Notes under the pieces: generated by a model
The model's database searches: none
Told to the model about the DNA's origin: nothing
The model's input: the letters and a program-made list of their open reading frames with translations, nothing else
Made by a program: the position numbers and the translations under genes
Shown here: in pieces, positions 46,933 to 55,800 of the stretch
How the letters are laid out: every line of letters begins with the position of its first letter
Position numbering within the stretch: the first letter of the stretch is position 1
Source of the DNA: Limnohabitans sp.
GTDB lineage: Bacteria > Pseudomonadota > Gammaproteobacteria > Burkholderiales > Burkholderiaceae_C
Direction of reading: 5' to 3'
NCBI GenBank assembly: GCA_018883305.1
Contig: VEQI01000001.1
Coordinates: forward strand, 1 to 58,411
Length of the DNA: 58,411 nucleotides

Positions 46933-48384
46933 GTGAATCCCTCTTCTTCGCATGCCGAACTGCTGGCCACGCTGCGCCAGCACCTGGGTGAATCCCATGT
47001 GCTGACCCTGGCGCAAGAGGTGGCCCCCTTTGTCGAAGACTGGCGTGGCCGCTATCGCGGCGAAGTGGTGGCCGTGGTGCAACCCGCCTCCACCGCAGAG
47101 GTCGCCGCAGTGGTGAAGGCCTGTGCCCAGGCCGGCGTGAAAGTCGTGCCCCAAGGCGGTCACACCAGCATGGTGGGCGGCGCCACCCCCGTGGGCGCGC
47201 GACTCAGCGAGGGCAGCGCCCCGGTGGTGCTGAGCCTGCGTCGCATGAGCCGCATTCGCGAGATCGACACCATCGGCAACACCCTGGTGGCCGAGGCCGG
47301 CTGTGTTTTGCAAACCTTGCAAGAAGCTGCGCAAGCCCACGGCCGGCTGTATGGCGTCACGTTTGGTGCGCAGGGTTCGTGTCAAATCGGGGGCAACGTC
47401 TCCACCAATGCAGGCGGCACGGGTGTGCTGAAGTACGGCAACACGCGCGAGCAGGTGCTGGGCCTGGAAGTGGTGCTGCCCGATGGTCGCATCTGGAATG
47501 GTTTGCGCACGTTGCGCAAGGACAATGCCGGGTACAACCTGAAACACCTGTTCATTGGTGGCGAAGGCACCCTGGGCATTGTCACGGCGGTTGCCCTTCG
47601 ATTGCACCCGCAGCCCGCCGTCACCACCACGGCATGGCTCACCCTGGACGATGTGTCACAGGCGCTTAATTGCCTGGCCACCCTGCAATCCATCGCGGGC
47701 GACCGCATCGCTGGCTTTGAACTGCTCAACCGGGCGCAGTTGCAGGCCGTGCTGGCCACCTTCCCCGATATTCGCTTGCCCACCGATCCCGATGCCCCTT
47801 ACGCGGTGCTGGTGGAGTTGTCCGACACCTACGCCAAGGCCAATCTTCAGGGGCTGCTGGAGGACGCCTTGTCCCAGCTGTCAGAGCAGGGCTTGTTGCG
47901 AGATGCCGCGCTGGCCGCCAGTGACACCCAGCGCGCGGCGTTCTGGCACATTCGCCACAGCATCTCGGAAGCCAACCGCAAGTCTGGCATGGGCCTGTCG
48001 ACGGACGTGGCTGTGCCGGTCAAGTCGCTGGCGATGTTCATCAATGAGGCCAGCCGTGCGGTGCAAGCCCGCTGGCCGGAACTTGACATCGTGCTGGTGT
48101 CGCACATGGGCGATGGCAATGTGCACTTCATACCGCGTTTTTCTTTCGAGCAGTGGGCGCGCATTCCCAACCAGGCCGAGGTGGCCGATGCCGTTCGCGC
48201 CACAGTGCATGATGTGGCGGTCGCGCTGGGTGGCACGTTCAGCGCCGAGCATGGCGTGGGACATGTGCTGGTGGACGAGCTGGCTCGACTGCGGCCTCCG
48301 CTGGAGCTGGAGCTCATGCACCGCGTGCGCCAGGCACTGGACCCGCAAGCCCTGATGAACCCGAACAAGTTGCTGGCCCATTAA
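46933..48384 (+). CDS. FAD-binding oxidoreductase (D-2-hydroxyglutarate/D-lactate dehydrogenase type)
   Basis: PQGGHTSMVGG, GGNVSTNAGG, KDNAGY.LK.LFIGGEGTLG, HMGDGNVH, SAEHGVG and NPNK. Confidence 0.93.
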   Translation: MNPSSSHAELLATLRQHLGESHVLTLAQEVAPFVEDWRGRYRGEVVAVVQPASTAEVAAVVKACAQAGVKVVPQGGHTSMVGGATPVGARLSEGSAPVVLSLRRMSRIREIDTIGNTLVAEAGCVLQTLQEAAQAHGRLYGVTFGAQGSCQIGGNVSTNAGGTGVLKYGNTREQVLGLEVVLPDGRIWNGLRTLRKDNAGYNLKHLFIGGEGTLGIVTAVALRLHPQPAVTTTAWLTLDDVSQALNCLATLQSIAGDRIAGFELLNRAQLQAVLATFPDIRLPTDPDAPYAVLVELSDTYAKANLQGLLEDALSQLSEQGLLRDAALAASDTQRAAFWHIRHSISEANRKSGMGLSTDVAVPVKSLAMFINEASRAVQARWPELDIVLVSHMGDGNVHFIPRFSFEQWARIPNQAEVADAVRATVHDVAVALGGTFSAEHGVGHVLVDELARLRPPLELELMHRVRQALDPQALMNPNKLLAH

Positions 48385-48428
48385 GCCCCCCTCACGGGTC
48401 GTTGACACGTTCTTCCTCAACCTTGTCT

Positions 48429-48446
48429 GGATGACCCCCGTCATCC
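48429..48446. terminator. Possible hairpin between convergent genes
   Basis: GGATGAC-cccc-GTCATCC, with no clear U-tract. Confidence 0.3.
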
Positions 48447-48455
48447 CCAAGTGCG

Positions 48456-49298
48456 TCAAGTCGTGCTGTGTCGCCGCATGAAGTCGGTGAACACCGTGGT
48501 CAAAGTCGGAAAGTGCGCTTTCCACTGGGGGAAAGGAATCAGGTCCACGTCTTCGTCCTGGATGGGTAACTGAAAGAGCTCAGCCCCGGGAATCAACGCC
48601 GCAGCCGCCAGTCCACCCTCGCTGTCGTGGGTTCGGTCATTGCCAGGCACCACCAGCGTGGGCACCTGATAGGCGCGGAGCTCGCTTTCTGGCACCCCCA
48701 TCACGGGCCCGACCGGACCACTGGTGAAGTTGGCCAGCCAACGCCCCATCACCGCCATGTAATCACGCGGGTCCATGGCCATCAGGCGCGCGCGGCTGGC
48801 TGGATTGAGCGCCAACCGCTCTCGGTAGGGTTCGGTCTCGCAGACAGCGGCCATGCCGCCGGCGTGCGCAGCCTTGATGTATTGCCCGTAGTAGTTGTTG
48901 GGCAGACGCCCGGCGGCGAAGGCACCACCAGTCACGCGCATGAGCAATAGCCCGGACACGAAGGACGGATGACGGCGATAAACGGTCATGGCCAAGCGTG
49001 CGCCAGCCGAGGACCCCCCCAGAAAGGCCTGCGTCGCCCCGTAGTGCTGCAACAAGGCCCGCAGGTCATCGGCCCAGATGTCCTCTTCGCTGTCATCGCC
49101 GGCAATGATGATGTCCGAGGCACCCGTGTTACGTCGATCATGCACCAGCACCCGAAAGCCTTGGGCCGCGATGGCTTGTGCCAGTGGCGCCATCTCCAGA
49201 TAGCGATGCCGACCACCCGAGGTGAGCGCCAACCAAGGACCTTGTTCGCCATAGACCTCATGAAAGAGGTTGGCGCCATGAATATTCAAATAAGGCAT
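48456..49298 (-). CDS. Alpha/beta hydrolase fold protein
   Basis: DRRNTGAS, GSSAG nucleophile elbow, VPTLVVPGND and IPGAEL. Confidence 0.88.
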   Translation of the reverse strand: MPYLNIHGANLFHEVYGEQGPWLALTSGGRHRYLEMAPLAQAIAAQGFRVLVHDRRNTGASDIIIAGDDSEEDIWADDLRALLQHYGATQAFLGGSSAGARLAMTVYRRHPSFVSGLLLMRVTGGAFAAGRLPNNYYGQYIKAAHAGGMAAVCETEPYRERLALNPASRARLMAMDPRDYMAVMGRWLANFTSGPVGPVMGVPESELRAYQVPTLVVPGNDRTHDSEGGLAAAALIPGAELFQLPIQDEDVDLIPFPQWKAHFPTLTTVFTDFMRRHSTT

Positions 49299-49540
49299 GA
49301 TGTCTCTTGCAGTGCGGCCCCGTGCCAGCGGACATCGCTGAACGGACCCAACGCAGCACGCGACCCTACCCAAAAGGTGAGTCGCTCGCAAGCCTGTCTA
49401 CCCTAGCGTCCTGAGCCACACGTGACAGATCGAGCTGAAATCAATTCCTACTGTTTCTCTCGTGCTTGTTCGGGCCCTTGATTTCACCTACAGTCGCTCG
49501 TCGGTTTTGTGCACAGTTTGTTTGATCTGGATACACCCTC

Positions 49541-50695
49541 ATGAGACTCGGTTATTTCACCATGCCGGTTCACCCGGCTTCCCGCAACCCCACAGACACC
49601 CTGCGGGAAGATCGCGAGATCATCATCCTCGCGGATCAGCTCGGCTATTACGACGCCTTTGTCGGCGAACACCTGACCGACCTGGTGGAAAACATCACCA
49701 GCAGCATGATGTTCCAGGCCACCCTGATTCACTCCACGAAAAACATCAAGCTGGGCACGGGCACCACCAATCTGTCGCACCTGCATCCGGTGCTGGTGGC
49801 ATGTCACGCCGCCATGTTCGACCACATTGCGCAGGGGCGCTTCATTCTGGGCGTGAGCCCGGGCGCCTTGCCCTCGGACGCCGAAGCCTTGGGTATCTTC
49901 CATGAAGACCGCAACAAGATGTTTGCCGAGTCCATCGACGTCATTCTCAAGATCTGGGAATCCAAGGCCCCGTTTGACATCGACTTGCCCGACAACCGTT
50001 TCAAGGTGTCGACCAAGCTCACCTATGACGAGGTGACCAACACCGGCATGATGTACAAGCCTTATCAAAACCCGCGACCCGAAATCGTGGGGACGGTGGT
50101 GGCGCCTTTCTCCAAGGGGGTGATCGCCATGGGCGAGAAGGACTTCCATCCGCTGTCGGCCAACTTCCTCTACGACAAGTGGATCAAGTCGCATTGGGAC
50201 AACTATGTCCAGGGCAAGGCAAATGTAGGCCAAAAGGCCTGTCCGGCCGACTGGCGTGTGGCTCGCACCATCATGGTTCATGACGATGACAAAGTGGCCA
50301 AGCACTACGGGCGAGACTCCGAACAAAGTCCCTACCGCTTTTACTACCGCAACCTGTACCACAAGCTGCGCAAGGGCAAACGAGATGCGGTGTTCAGCAT
50401 GGACGGGAAGACGCCCGAGAACCCGGTGCCGCTGGACGAAATTCTGGACAACCTGGTGATTGCCGGCGGTGTCAACGAGGTGGTGGACCGCATCCTGGCG
50501 CTGCACGAGAAGATTGGCGACTTTGGCGAGTTGGTGTACGCCGGTCTGGATTGGGCTGACCCCGTGCTGGCGCGTCGCTCGATGGTGTTGATGGCGGAGG
50601 AAGTGATGCCTCGCGTCAACAAGGCCCTGGGCCACACTCGCCTGGACCGCTGTGGCGCATGCCAAAGCGGCGCACAACCCCTTTGCAAATCCTGA
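49541..50695 (+). CDS. LLM class flavin-dependent monooxygenase (luciferase-like)
   Basis: MRLGYFTMP, GEH, IKLGTG, HPVLVA..AMFDH..GRFILGV and AEEVMPR. Confidence 0.92.
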   Translation: MRLGYFTMPVHPASRNPTDTLREDREIIILADQLGYYDAFVGEHLTDLVENITSSMMFQATLIHSTKNIKLGTGTTNLSHLHPVLVACHAAMFDHIAQGRFILGVSPGALPSDAEALGIFHEDRNKMFAESIDVILKIWESKAPFDIDLPDNRFKVSTKLTYDEVTNTGMMYKPYQNPRPEIVGTVVAPFSKGVIAMGEKDFHPLSANFLYDKWIKSHWDNYVQGKANVGQKACPADWRVARTIMVHDDDKVAKHYGRDSEQSPYRFYYRNLYHKLRKGKRDAVFSMDGKTPENPVPLDEILDNLVIAGGVNEVVDRILALHEKIGDFGELVYAGLDWADPVLARRSMVLMAEEVMPRVNKALGHTRLDRCGACQSGAQPLCKS

Positions 50696-50704
50696 AGGGC
50701 TTTT

Positions 50705-51913
50705 ATGTTTTTCACTTGTACCGCCGGTTGCCAAGACGATAGCCACGGCCATGGCTTTGAACCGTTCACCTCGCTGACGCGCTCGGCTGAAAAGCGTGCT
50801 GGTGCCAGCACGCTCAAGGCCATCGAGAAGGCGTCTCGCGCCAAGACGGCCACCACCAAAAAAGCGCCCGTCAAACGACCTGCCACGCAGCAGGTGGTGC
50901 GCAACGCCAAGGGCAAGTTCAAGGTGGTGGACATCCATTGCCACTACCTGAACCCCGAGGTCAATCGCAAAACGGCGCATCTGAACGCAGCGCAATACGA
51001 CCCTACCGTCATCTTTGCCAACGAGCTGACCAACCGTACCAACGTGGCCCAGATGCGCGACCGTGCCCCCAAGCTCACCGGCATCGACGAGCGGCTGCGT
51101 GACATGGACCGCATGGGCGTGGACATTCAAGCGGTGTGCCCGGCCCCTTATCACTACTTTTATTTCACCGAGCCCGGCTACGGCGCCGAACTGGCCCGTG
51201 AGGTCAACGAAGGCATCGCCCAGTTGGTCAGCTTGCACCCGGATCGTTTTATCGGCATGGGTTCGGTGCCCCTGCAAGACCCCAAGCTGGCGGTGCGGGA
51301 GCTGGAATACGCCGTCAAGAAGCTGGGCCTGCGCGGTGTGGAGATCAACACCAATGTCAACGGCATGAACCTGACGGACCCGCGCCTGGGCCTGGAAAAG
51401 TTTTTTGCCAAGGCCAATGATCTGGGTGTGGTGATCTTCATGCACCCCCTGGGCTATACCCAGGCAGACCGGCTGACCAATCACTACTTCAACAATGTGA
51501 TCGGCAATCCGCTGGACACCACGGTGGCGCTGAGTCATCTGATCTTTGATGGTGTGATCGAGCGTCATCCCAAGATCAAGTTCATTGCCGCGCACGGTGG
51601 TGGCTTCCTGGCGCACTATTGGGCACGCATGGACCACGCCTGGCGCGCACGCCCGGACACGCGCACCGTCATCAGCAAACGCCCGTCCAGCTACCTGGAG
51701 AAGGTGTACTTTGACAGCATCACCTTCGATCCGCGCATGCTCAAGCAGTTGATTGACCGCTATGGCGCCCGTCACGTGCTGCTGGGAACCGACTACCCCT
51801 ATGACATGGGCGAAGACCATCCGCGCAAACTCATTGCCGGCGTGAAAGGTCTGTCCGACCTGGAGCGCCGCCAGATCGAGGGGCTCAACGCGCGCCGCTT
51901 GCTCAACTTTTAA
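50705..51913 (+). CDS. Amidohydrolase_2 family protein (ACMSD/LigW-like decarboxylase or hydratase) with N-terminal extension
   Basis: DIHCH, DMDRMGVD, FMHP, AHGGG, GTDYPYDM and NARRLL. Confidence 0.92.
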   Translation: MFFTCTAGCQDDSHGHGFEPFTSLTRSAEKRAGASTLKAIEKASRAKTATTKKAPVKRPATQQVVRNAKGKFKVVDIHCHYLNPEVNRKTAHLNAAQYDPTVIFANELTNRTNVAQMRDRAPKLTGIDERLRDMDRMGVDIQAVCPAPYHYFYFTEPGYGAELAREVNEGIAQLVSLHPDRFIGMGSVPLQDPKLAVRELEYAVKKLGLRGVEINTNVNGMNLTDPRLGLEKFFAKANDLGVVIFMHPLGYTQADRLTNHYFNNVIGNPLDTTVALSHLIFDGVIERHPKIKFIAAHGGGFLAHYWARMDHAWRARPDTRTVISKRPSSYLEKVYFDSITFDPRMLKQLIDRYGARHVLLGTDYPYDMGEDHPRKLIAGVKGLSDLERRQIEGLNARRLLNF

Positions 51914-51921
51914 CGGGCGCC

Positions 51922-52599
51922 ATGACCGCACTGCGCATTGCCCTCATTCACGCCACCCCGCTGGCCATTGACCCCATCAAGGAAGCCATCGCCCGGCATT
52001 GGCCTGACGTGCAATGCCAGCACCTGCTGGATGACTCACTGTCGCAAGACCGGGTGCGTGAAGGCAGCCTGACGCCAGCCATGGTGCAGCGCTTTGTCAC
52101 CCTGGCGCGCTATTGCCAGGGCGCAGGCGCACACGGCATTTTGTTCACCTGCTCGGCCTTTGGCCCGGCCATCGAAACGGCGGGACAAGCCACCGGCTTG
52201 CCCACCTTCAAGCCCAATGAAGCCATGTTTGAGCAGGCACTGAGCCTGGCCACCCAGGGCCGTGCTCTGCGCGTGGCCCTGGTGGCCACGTTCGAAGCGT
52301 CCATTGCCTCCATGACCGAGGAGTTCATGGCCATGGCACAGGCGCGCGGTATTGACGCGCACGTCACAGGGTGCTTTGTGCCGCAAGCCATGCAGGACCT
52401 GGCTCAAGGAAAAGCCCAGCAACACCACGACAAGGTGGCGGCGGCTGTCGGCCAGCTGTCCGCCTTTGATGTCGTGCTCCTGGCTCAATTCTCGATGGCG
52501 GCCGCTCAGCCATTGGCCCAGCAAGCCTCTACCGTCCCCGTGCTCTCCAGCCCGGATTGCGCCATCCTGGCCCTTCGTCATCAATTGACCCATGCCTGA
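51922..52599 (+). CDS. Asp/Glu/hydantoin racemase family protein, single-Cys variant
   Basis: IALIHAT, ILFTCSAFG, LAQFSMA and PVLSSP. Confidence 0.82.
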   Translation: MTALRIALIHATPLAIDPIKEAIARHWPDVQCQHLLDDSLSQDRVREGSLTPAMVQRFVTLARYCQGAGAHGILFTCSAFGPAIETAGQATGLPTFKPNEAMFEQALSLATQGRALRVALVATFEASIASMTEEFMAMAQARGIDAHVTGCFVPQAMQDLAQGKAQQHHDKVAAAVGQLSAFDVVLLAQFSMAAAQPLAQQASTVPVLSSPDCAILALRHQLTHA

Positions 52600-53656
52600 C
52601 ATCACCGTCTCCGTTCTGCAACTGCAGCGCTACATCTGCACCTCGTTGCAAGCCGTGGGATTGCCCGCGGCCGACGCGCTCACCGTGGCGCAGCTCATGG
52701 CCGAAGCCGACCTGCAAGGCTCGGATGGTCATGGCGTGATCCGCCTGCCGCAATACAGCCGCCGCATCCTGGCAGGCGGCGTGAACACCCAACCGAACAT
52801 CCGCATCGAGCAAGAGCGCGCCGCCACCGCATTGCTGCACGGCGACAATGGCATGGGCCATCTGGTGATGAAACGCGCCACCGAACTGGCCATTCAAAAA
52901 GCCCGGCACTGTGGCATGGCCTGGGTGGGCAGTCATTTCAGCAACCATGCCGGTCCCGCGTCCCTGTACGCACGCATGGCGTTGGAACACGACATGATCG
53001 GCTTGTATTTCGCCGTGGGCAATGCCAACCACCTGCCGCCCTGGGGCGGGTTGGACATGCTGCTGTCCACCAACCCGATTGCAGCTGCCATTCCCGCTGC
53101 CGAGGAATCTCCGATCGTGCTGGACATGGCCACCACCGTGGCCGCCTATGGCAAGGTCAAGGCCAAGGCACAACGTGGCGAGATGATGCCCGAAGGCTGG
53201 ATGATGGACCGCCAGGGTCGCCCCCTGCTCGACCCCAAGCGCAGCGAGGAAGGCTTTCTGTTGCCTATCGGCGGCTACAAGGGTTATGGCCTGTCCTTGG
53301 TGGTGGGCCTGCTGGCCGGCACGCTCAACGGTGCGGCCATGGGCAAAGACGTGATTGACTTCAACCACGACGACAACAGCGTCACCAACACCGGCCAGGC
53401 CATCGCCATCCTGGACCCGGCGGCTTTTGGCGATGTGAATCACTTCAAGCGCCAGGTGGACGTGTTGATCCGGGACATCCGTGGCAGCGAGCGCATACCT
53501 GGCGTGGAACGCATCTGGTTACCGGGTGAGCAAAGTCAGGCCAGGCGGTCCGCTTATCTGCGCGACGGCATTCCCATCCCCGCGGGCTTGCTGCAAACGC
53601 TGGACAAGCTGGCCGAGCAATTGAAGGTGCCTGCGCTGCGGGACACCACGCCCTGA
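52592..53656 (+). CDS. Ldh_2 family oxidoreductase (ComC/AllD-like)
   Basis: ADLQGSDGHG..RLPQY, SNHAG, STNPIA, LDMATT, GGYKGYGL and LPGE. Confidence 0.93.
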   Translation: MPDITVSVLQLQRYICTSLQAVGLPAADALTVAQLMAEADLQGSDGHGVIRLPQYSRRILAGGVNTQPNIRIEQERAATALLHGDNGMGHLVMKRATELAIQKARHCGMAWVGSHFSNHAGPASLYARMALEHDMIGLYFAVGNANHLPPWGGLDMLLSTNPIAAAIPAAEESPIVLDMATTVAAYGKVKAKAQRGEMMPEGWMMDRQGRPLLDPKRSEEGFLLPIGGYKGYGLSLVVGLLAGTLNGAAMGKDVIDFNHDDNSVTNTGQAIAILDPAAFGDVNHFKRQVDVLIRDIRGSERIPGVERIWLPGEQSQARRSAYLRDGIPIPAGLLQTLDKLAEQLKVPALRDTTP

Positions 53657-53679
53657 CCCACCCTCAGCGGAGAACACCC

Positions 53680-54672
53680 ATGAAACGTCGTGAATGGATC
53701 AACACCAGTGTGGCCAGTCTGTTAGGCGCTGCTGGCTGGCTGGGTGGTGCACCCACGGCGTGGGCGCAATCCCCCTACCCCAACAAGCCGATCAAGATGA
53801 TCATCCCGCTGGCCGCGGGCAGTGCCGTGGACAACGCGGCGCGCATCGTGATGCAAAAAGTGGCACTCAACACCAACGGCGCCGTGGCCATCGAGAACAT
53901 GGCTGGCGCCTCGGGCGTGATTGGCGCCGAACGCGTGGCCAAGTCGGCCCCCGATGGCTACACCCTGGGCGGCTTCAACGACAGCATCATGACCATGCTG
54001 CCCCACATGAACGCCAAGCTGCCCTGGGACATCGTGCGCGACTTTGTGCCCGTGTCACTGGTGGCCACAGTGGAGTGGGGCCTGGTGGTGCCCGCAGACT
54101 CCCCGATCGCCAACGTGGCTGACTTCATCGCGGCGGCCAAACGCACCCCTGGGCAACTCACCTACGGCTCTGGCGGCAATGGCAGTCCGCAGCACATGGC
54201 CATGGCCTTGTTTGCCAGCCAGGCCCAACTGCAACTCACGCACGTGCCCTACAAGGGCGCCACACAAGCCGCTGTGGGTGTGGCGGGCCATGAGGTGCAA
54301 GCCGCGTTTCAAGGTATTGCCACGGTGAACGCGCTGGTCAAGGCGGGGCGTTTGAAACTCATTGCGGTGTGCACGCCCAAGCGTCTGACACAATTTCCCG
54401 AGGTGCCCACCGTGTCCGAGTCCGGGCTGAGCGGTTATGAGTTCAACTCCTGGTTTGCGTTGATGGCGCCTGCTGGCACACCACGCCCTGTCGTGCAGCG
54501 CCTGCATCAGGAAGTGGTCAAGGCCTTGGGCGACGCCAGTGTGCGCGAGCAGTTGCTGGCACAGGGCCTCTCACCCCGTGGCACCAGCCCGGACGAACTG
54601 GCCAGTGCCCTCACGCAGCAACTGGCCCGTTACGAAGCACTGATTCGTCAGGCCGGCATCAAGGCCGACTGA
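53680..54672 (+). CDS. Bug/TctC substrate-binding protein
   Basis: KRREW leader, YPNKPIKMIIPLAAGSAVD, SGGNGS and HVPYKG. Confidence 0.92.
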   Translation: MKRREWINTSVASLLGAAGWLGGAPTAWAQSPYPNKPIKMIIPLAAGSAVDNAARIVMQKVALNTNGAVAIENMAGASGVIGAERVAKSAPDGYTLGGFNDSIMTMLPHMNAKLPWDIVRDFVPVSLVATVEWGLVVPADSPIANVADFIAAAKRTPGQLTYGSGGNGSPQHMAMALFASQAQLQLTHVPYKGATQAAVGVAGHEVQAAFQGIATVNALVKAGRLKLIAVCTPKRLTQFPEVPTVSESGLSGYEFNSWFALMAPAGTPRPVVQRLHQEVVKALGDASVREQLLAQGLSPRGTSPDELASALTQQLARYEALIRQAGIKAD

Positions 54673-54673
54673 C

Positions 54674-55672
54674 TCATTCGCCCTTGATGTTGTTGTCGGC
54701 AATCAGCTTGGCGTATTTGGCATTCTCTGCCGCCAGGAACTGACGAAACTCCGCCTGCGTGCTCATGGTGGCTTCCACACCCAGACCGGCGAAGCGATCC
54801 TTCAGGTCCGGATTGACCATGATTTTGTTCAGCACCTCGACATAACTGTCCACCGCGGCCTTGGGTGTGCCCGCCGGCAGGAACACGCCCCACCAGTTGT
54901 TGGCCACCAAGCCTTCCAGGCCCGCTTCGGCAAAGGTGGGGATGTCGGGACTCATGGGAGAGCGCTTGGCACTGGTGATGGCCAGCGCCCGCAAACGCCC
55001 GGTGCGAATATGCTGGCTCACGGGCAACGCGTCAGACACCACCATGTCAATCTGCCCCGCCAGCAAGTCGTTGACCGCTTGCCCGCCACCCTTGTAGGGA
55101 ACGCCAATCATTTTCACGCCCGCCTGACGCATGATCATTTCACCGGCCAGATGCGACATGCTGCCAGGGCCACTGGTGCCGAAGTTCACGGTATTAGGCT
55201 TGTTGCGCGCAGCGGCCAGCAACTCAGCCAAGGACTTGTACGGCGATGCCGCTGGCACCACCAGGATATTGGGTCCCACGGCCGTGAGCGCCACGGCAAT
55301 GAAGTCCCGCTCCATGCTGTAAGGCACTTTGGTCAGTAAAGGGTTGACGCCGGCGGGCCCCAGATTGCCCACCACGAAGGTGTAGCCATCGGCCGGTTGT
55401 CTGGCGGTGTACTCCATGCCAATGGAGCCTGCTGCCCCCGGCTTACTCTCGATGATGACGGGTTGTCCCCAGACCTCGCTCATCTTCTGGCCCATGATGC
55501 GCGCCATCAAGTCGGAGCTGCCCCCGGGTGGATAAGTGACGATGAGTCGTACCGGCCGATTGGGAAAGGCCTGACTCTGTGCCAGGCTCAGGCCCGGCGC
55601 CAGCGCGGTGGCCAGCAGCAGCGCTGCAGCACCTCGCCCCAACCTCGAGAGAAACGCCATGCGTGTCGTCAT
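54674..55672 (-). CDS. Bug/TctC substrate-binding protein
   Basis: FPNRPVRLIVTYPPGGSSD, KPGAAG, ADGYT and VPYKGGG. Confidence 0.92.
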   Translation of the reverse strand: MTTRMAFLSRLGRGAAALLLATALAPGLSLAQSQAFPNRPVRLIVTYPPGGSSDLMARIMGQKMSEVWGQPVIIESKPGAAGSIGMEYTARQPADGYTFVVGNLGPAGVNPLLTKVPYSMERDFIAVALTAVGPNILVVPAASPYKSLAELLAAARNKPNTVNFGTSGPGSMSHLAGEMIMRQAGVKMIGVPYKGGGQAVNDLLAGQIDMVVSDALPVSQHIRTGRLRALAITSAKRSPMSPDIPTFAEAGLEGLVANNWWGVFLPAGTPKAAVDSYVEVLNKIMVNPDLKDRFAGLGVEATMSTQAEFRQFLAAENAKYAKLIADNNIKGE

Positions 55673-55800
55673 ACTGTCTCCTGTGTGAGTTTTTTGAAAG
55701 GCACACCAACAACTGTGAGCGCTGGTGTCGCCAAGGATAGACGCAGCAAACCGTGGTTTGATTTATATTAGCAGAGCCCCTTCATTTTGAGTGTCACCTC

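Noticed and set aside
49484-51931. 815-aa minus-strand ORF
   Set aside because: It is an antisense shadow of two motif-rich plus-strand genes, has no recognisable motifs, and such shadows are typical of high-GC3 DNA.
55758-55771. FNR-like TTGAT-TTAT-ATTAG (similar TTGAT-CTGG-ATACA near 49522)
   Set aside because: Each has two mismatches in one half-site, which is too weak without comparative support.
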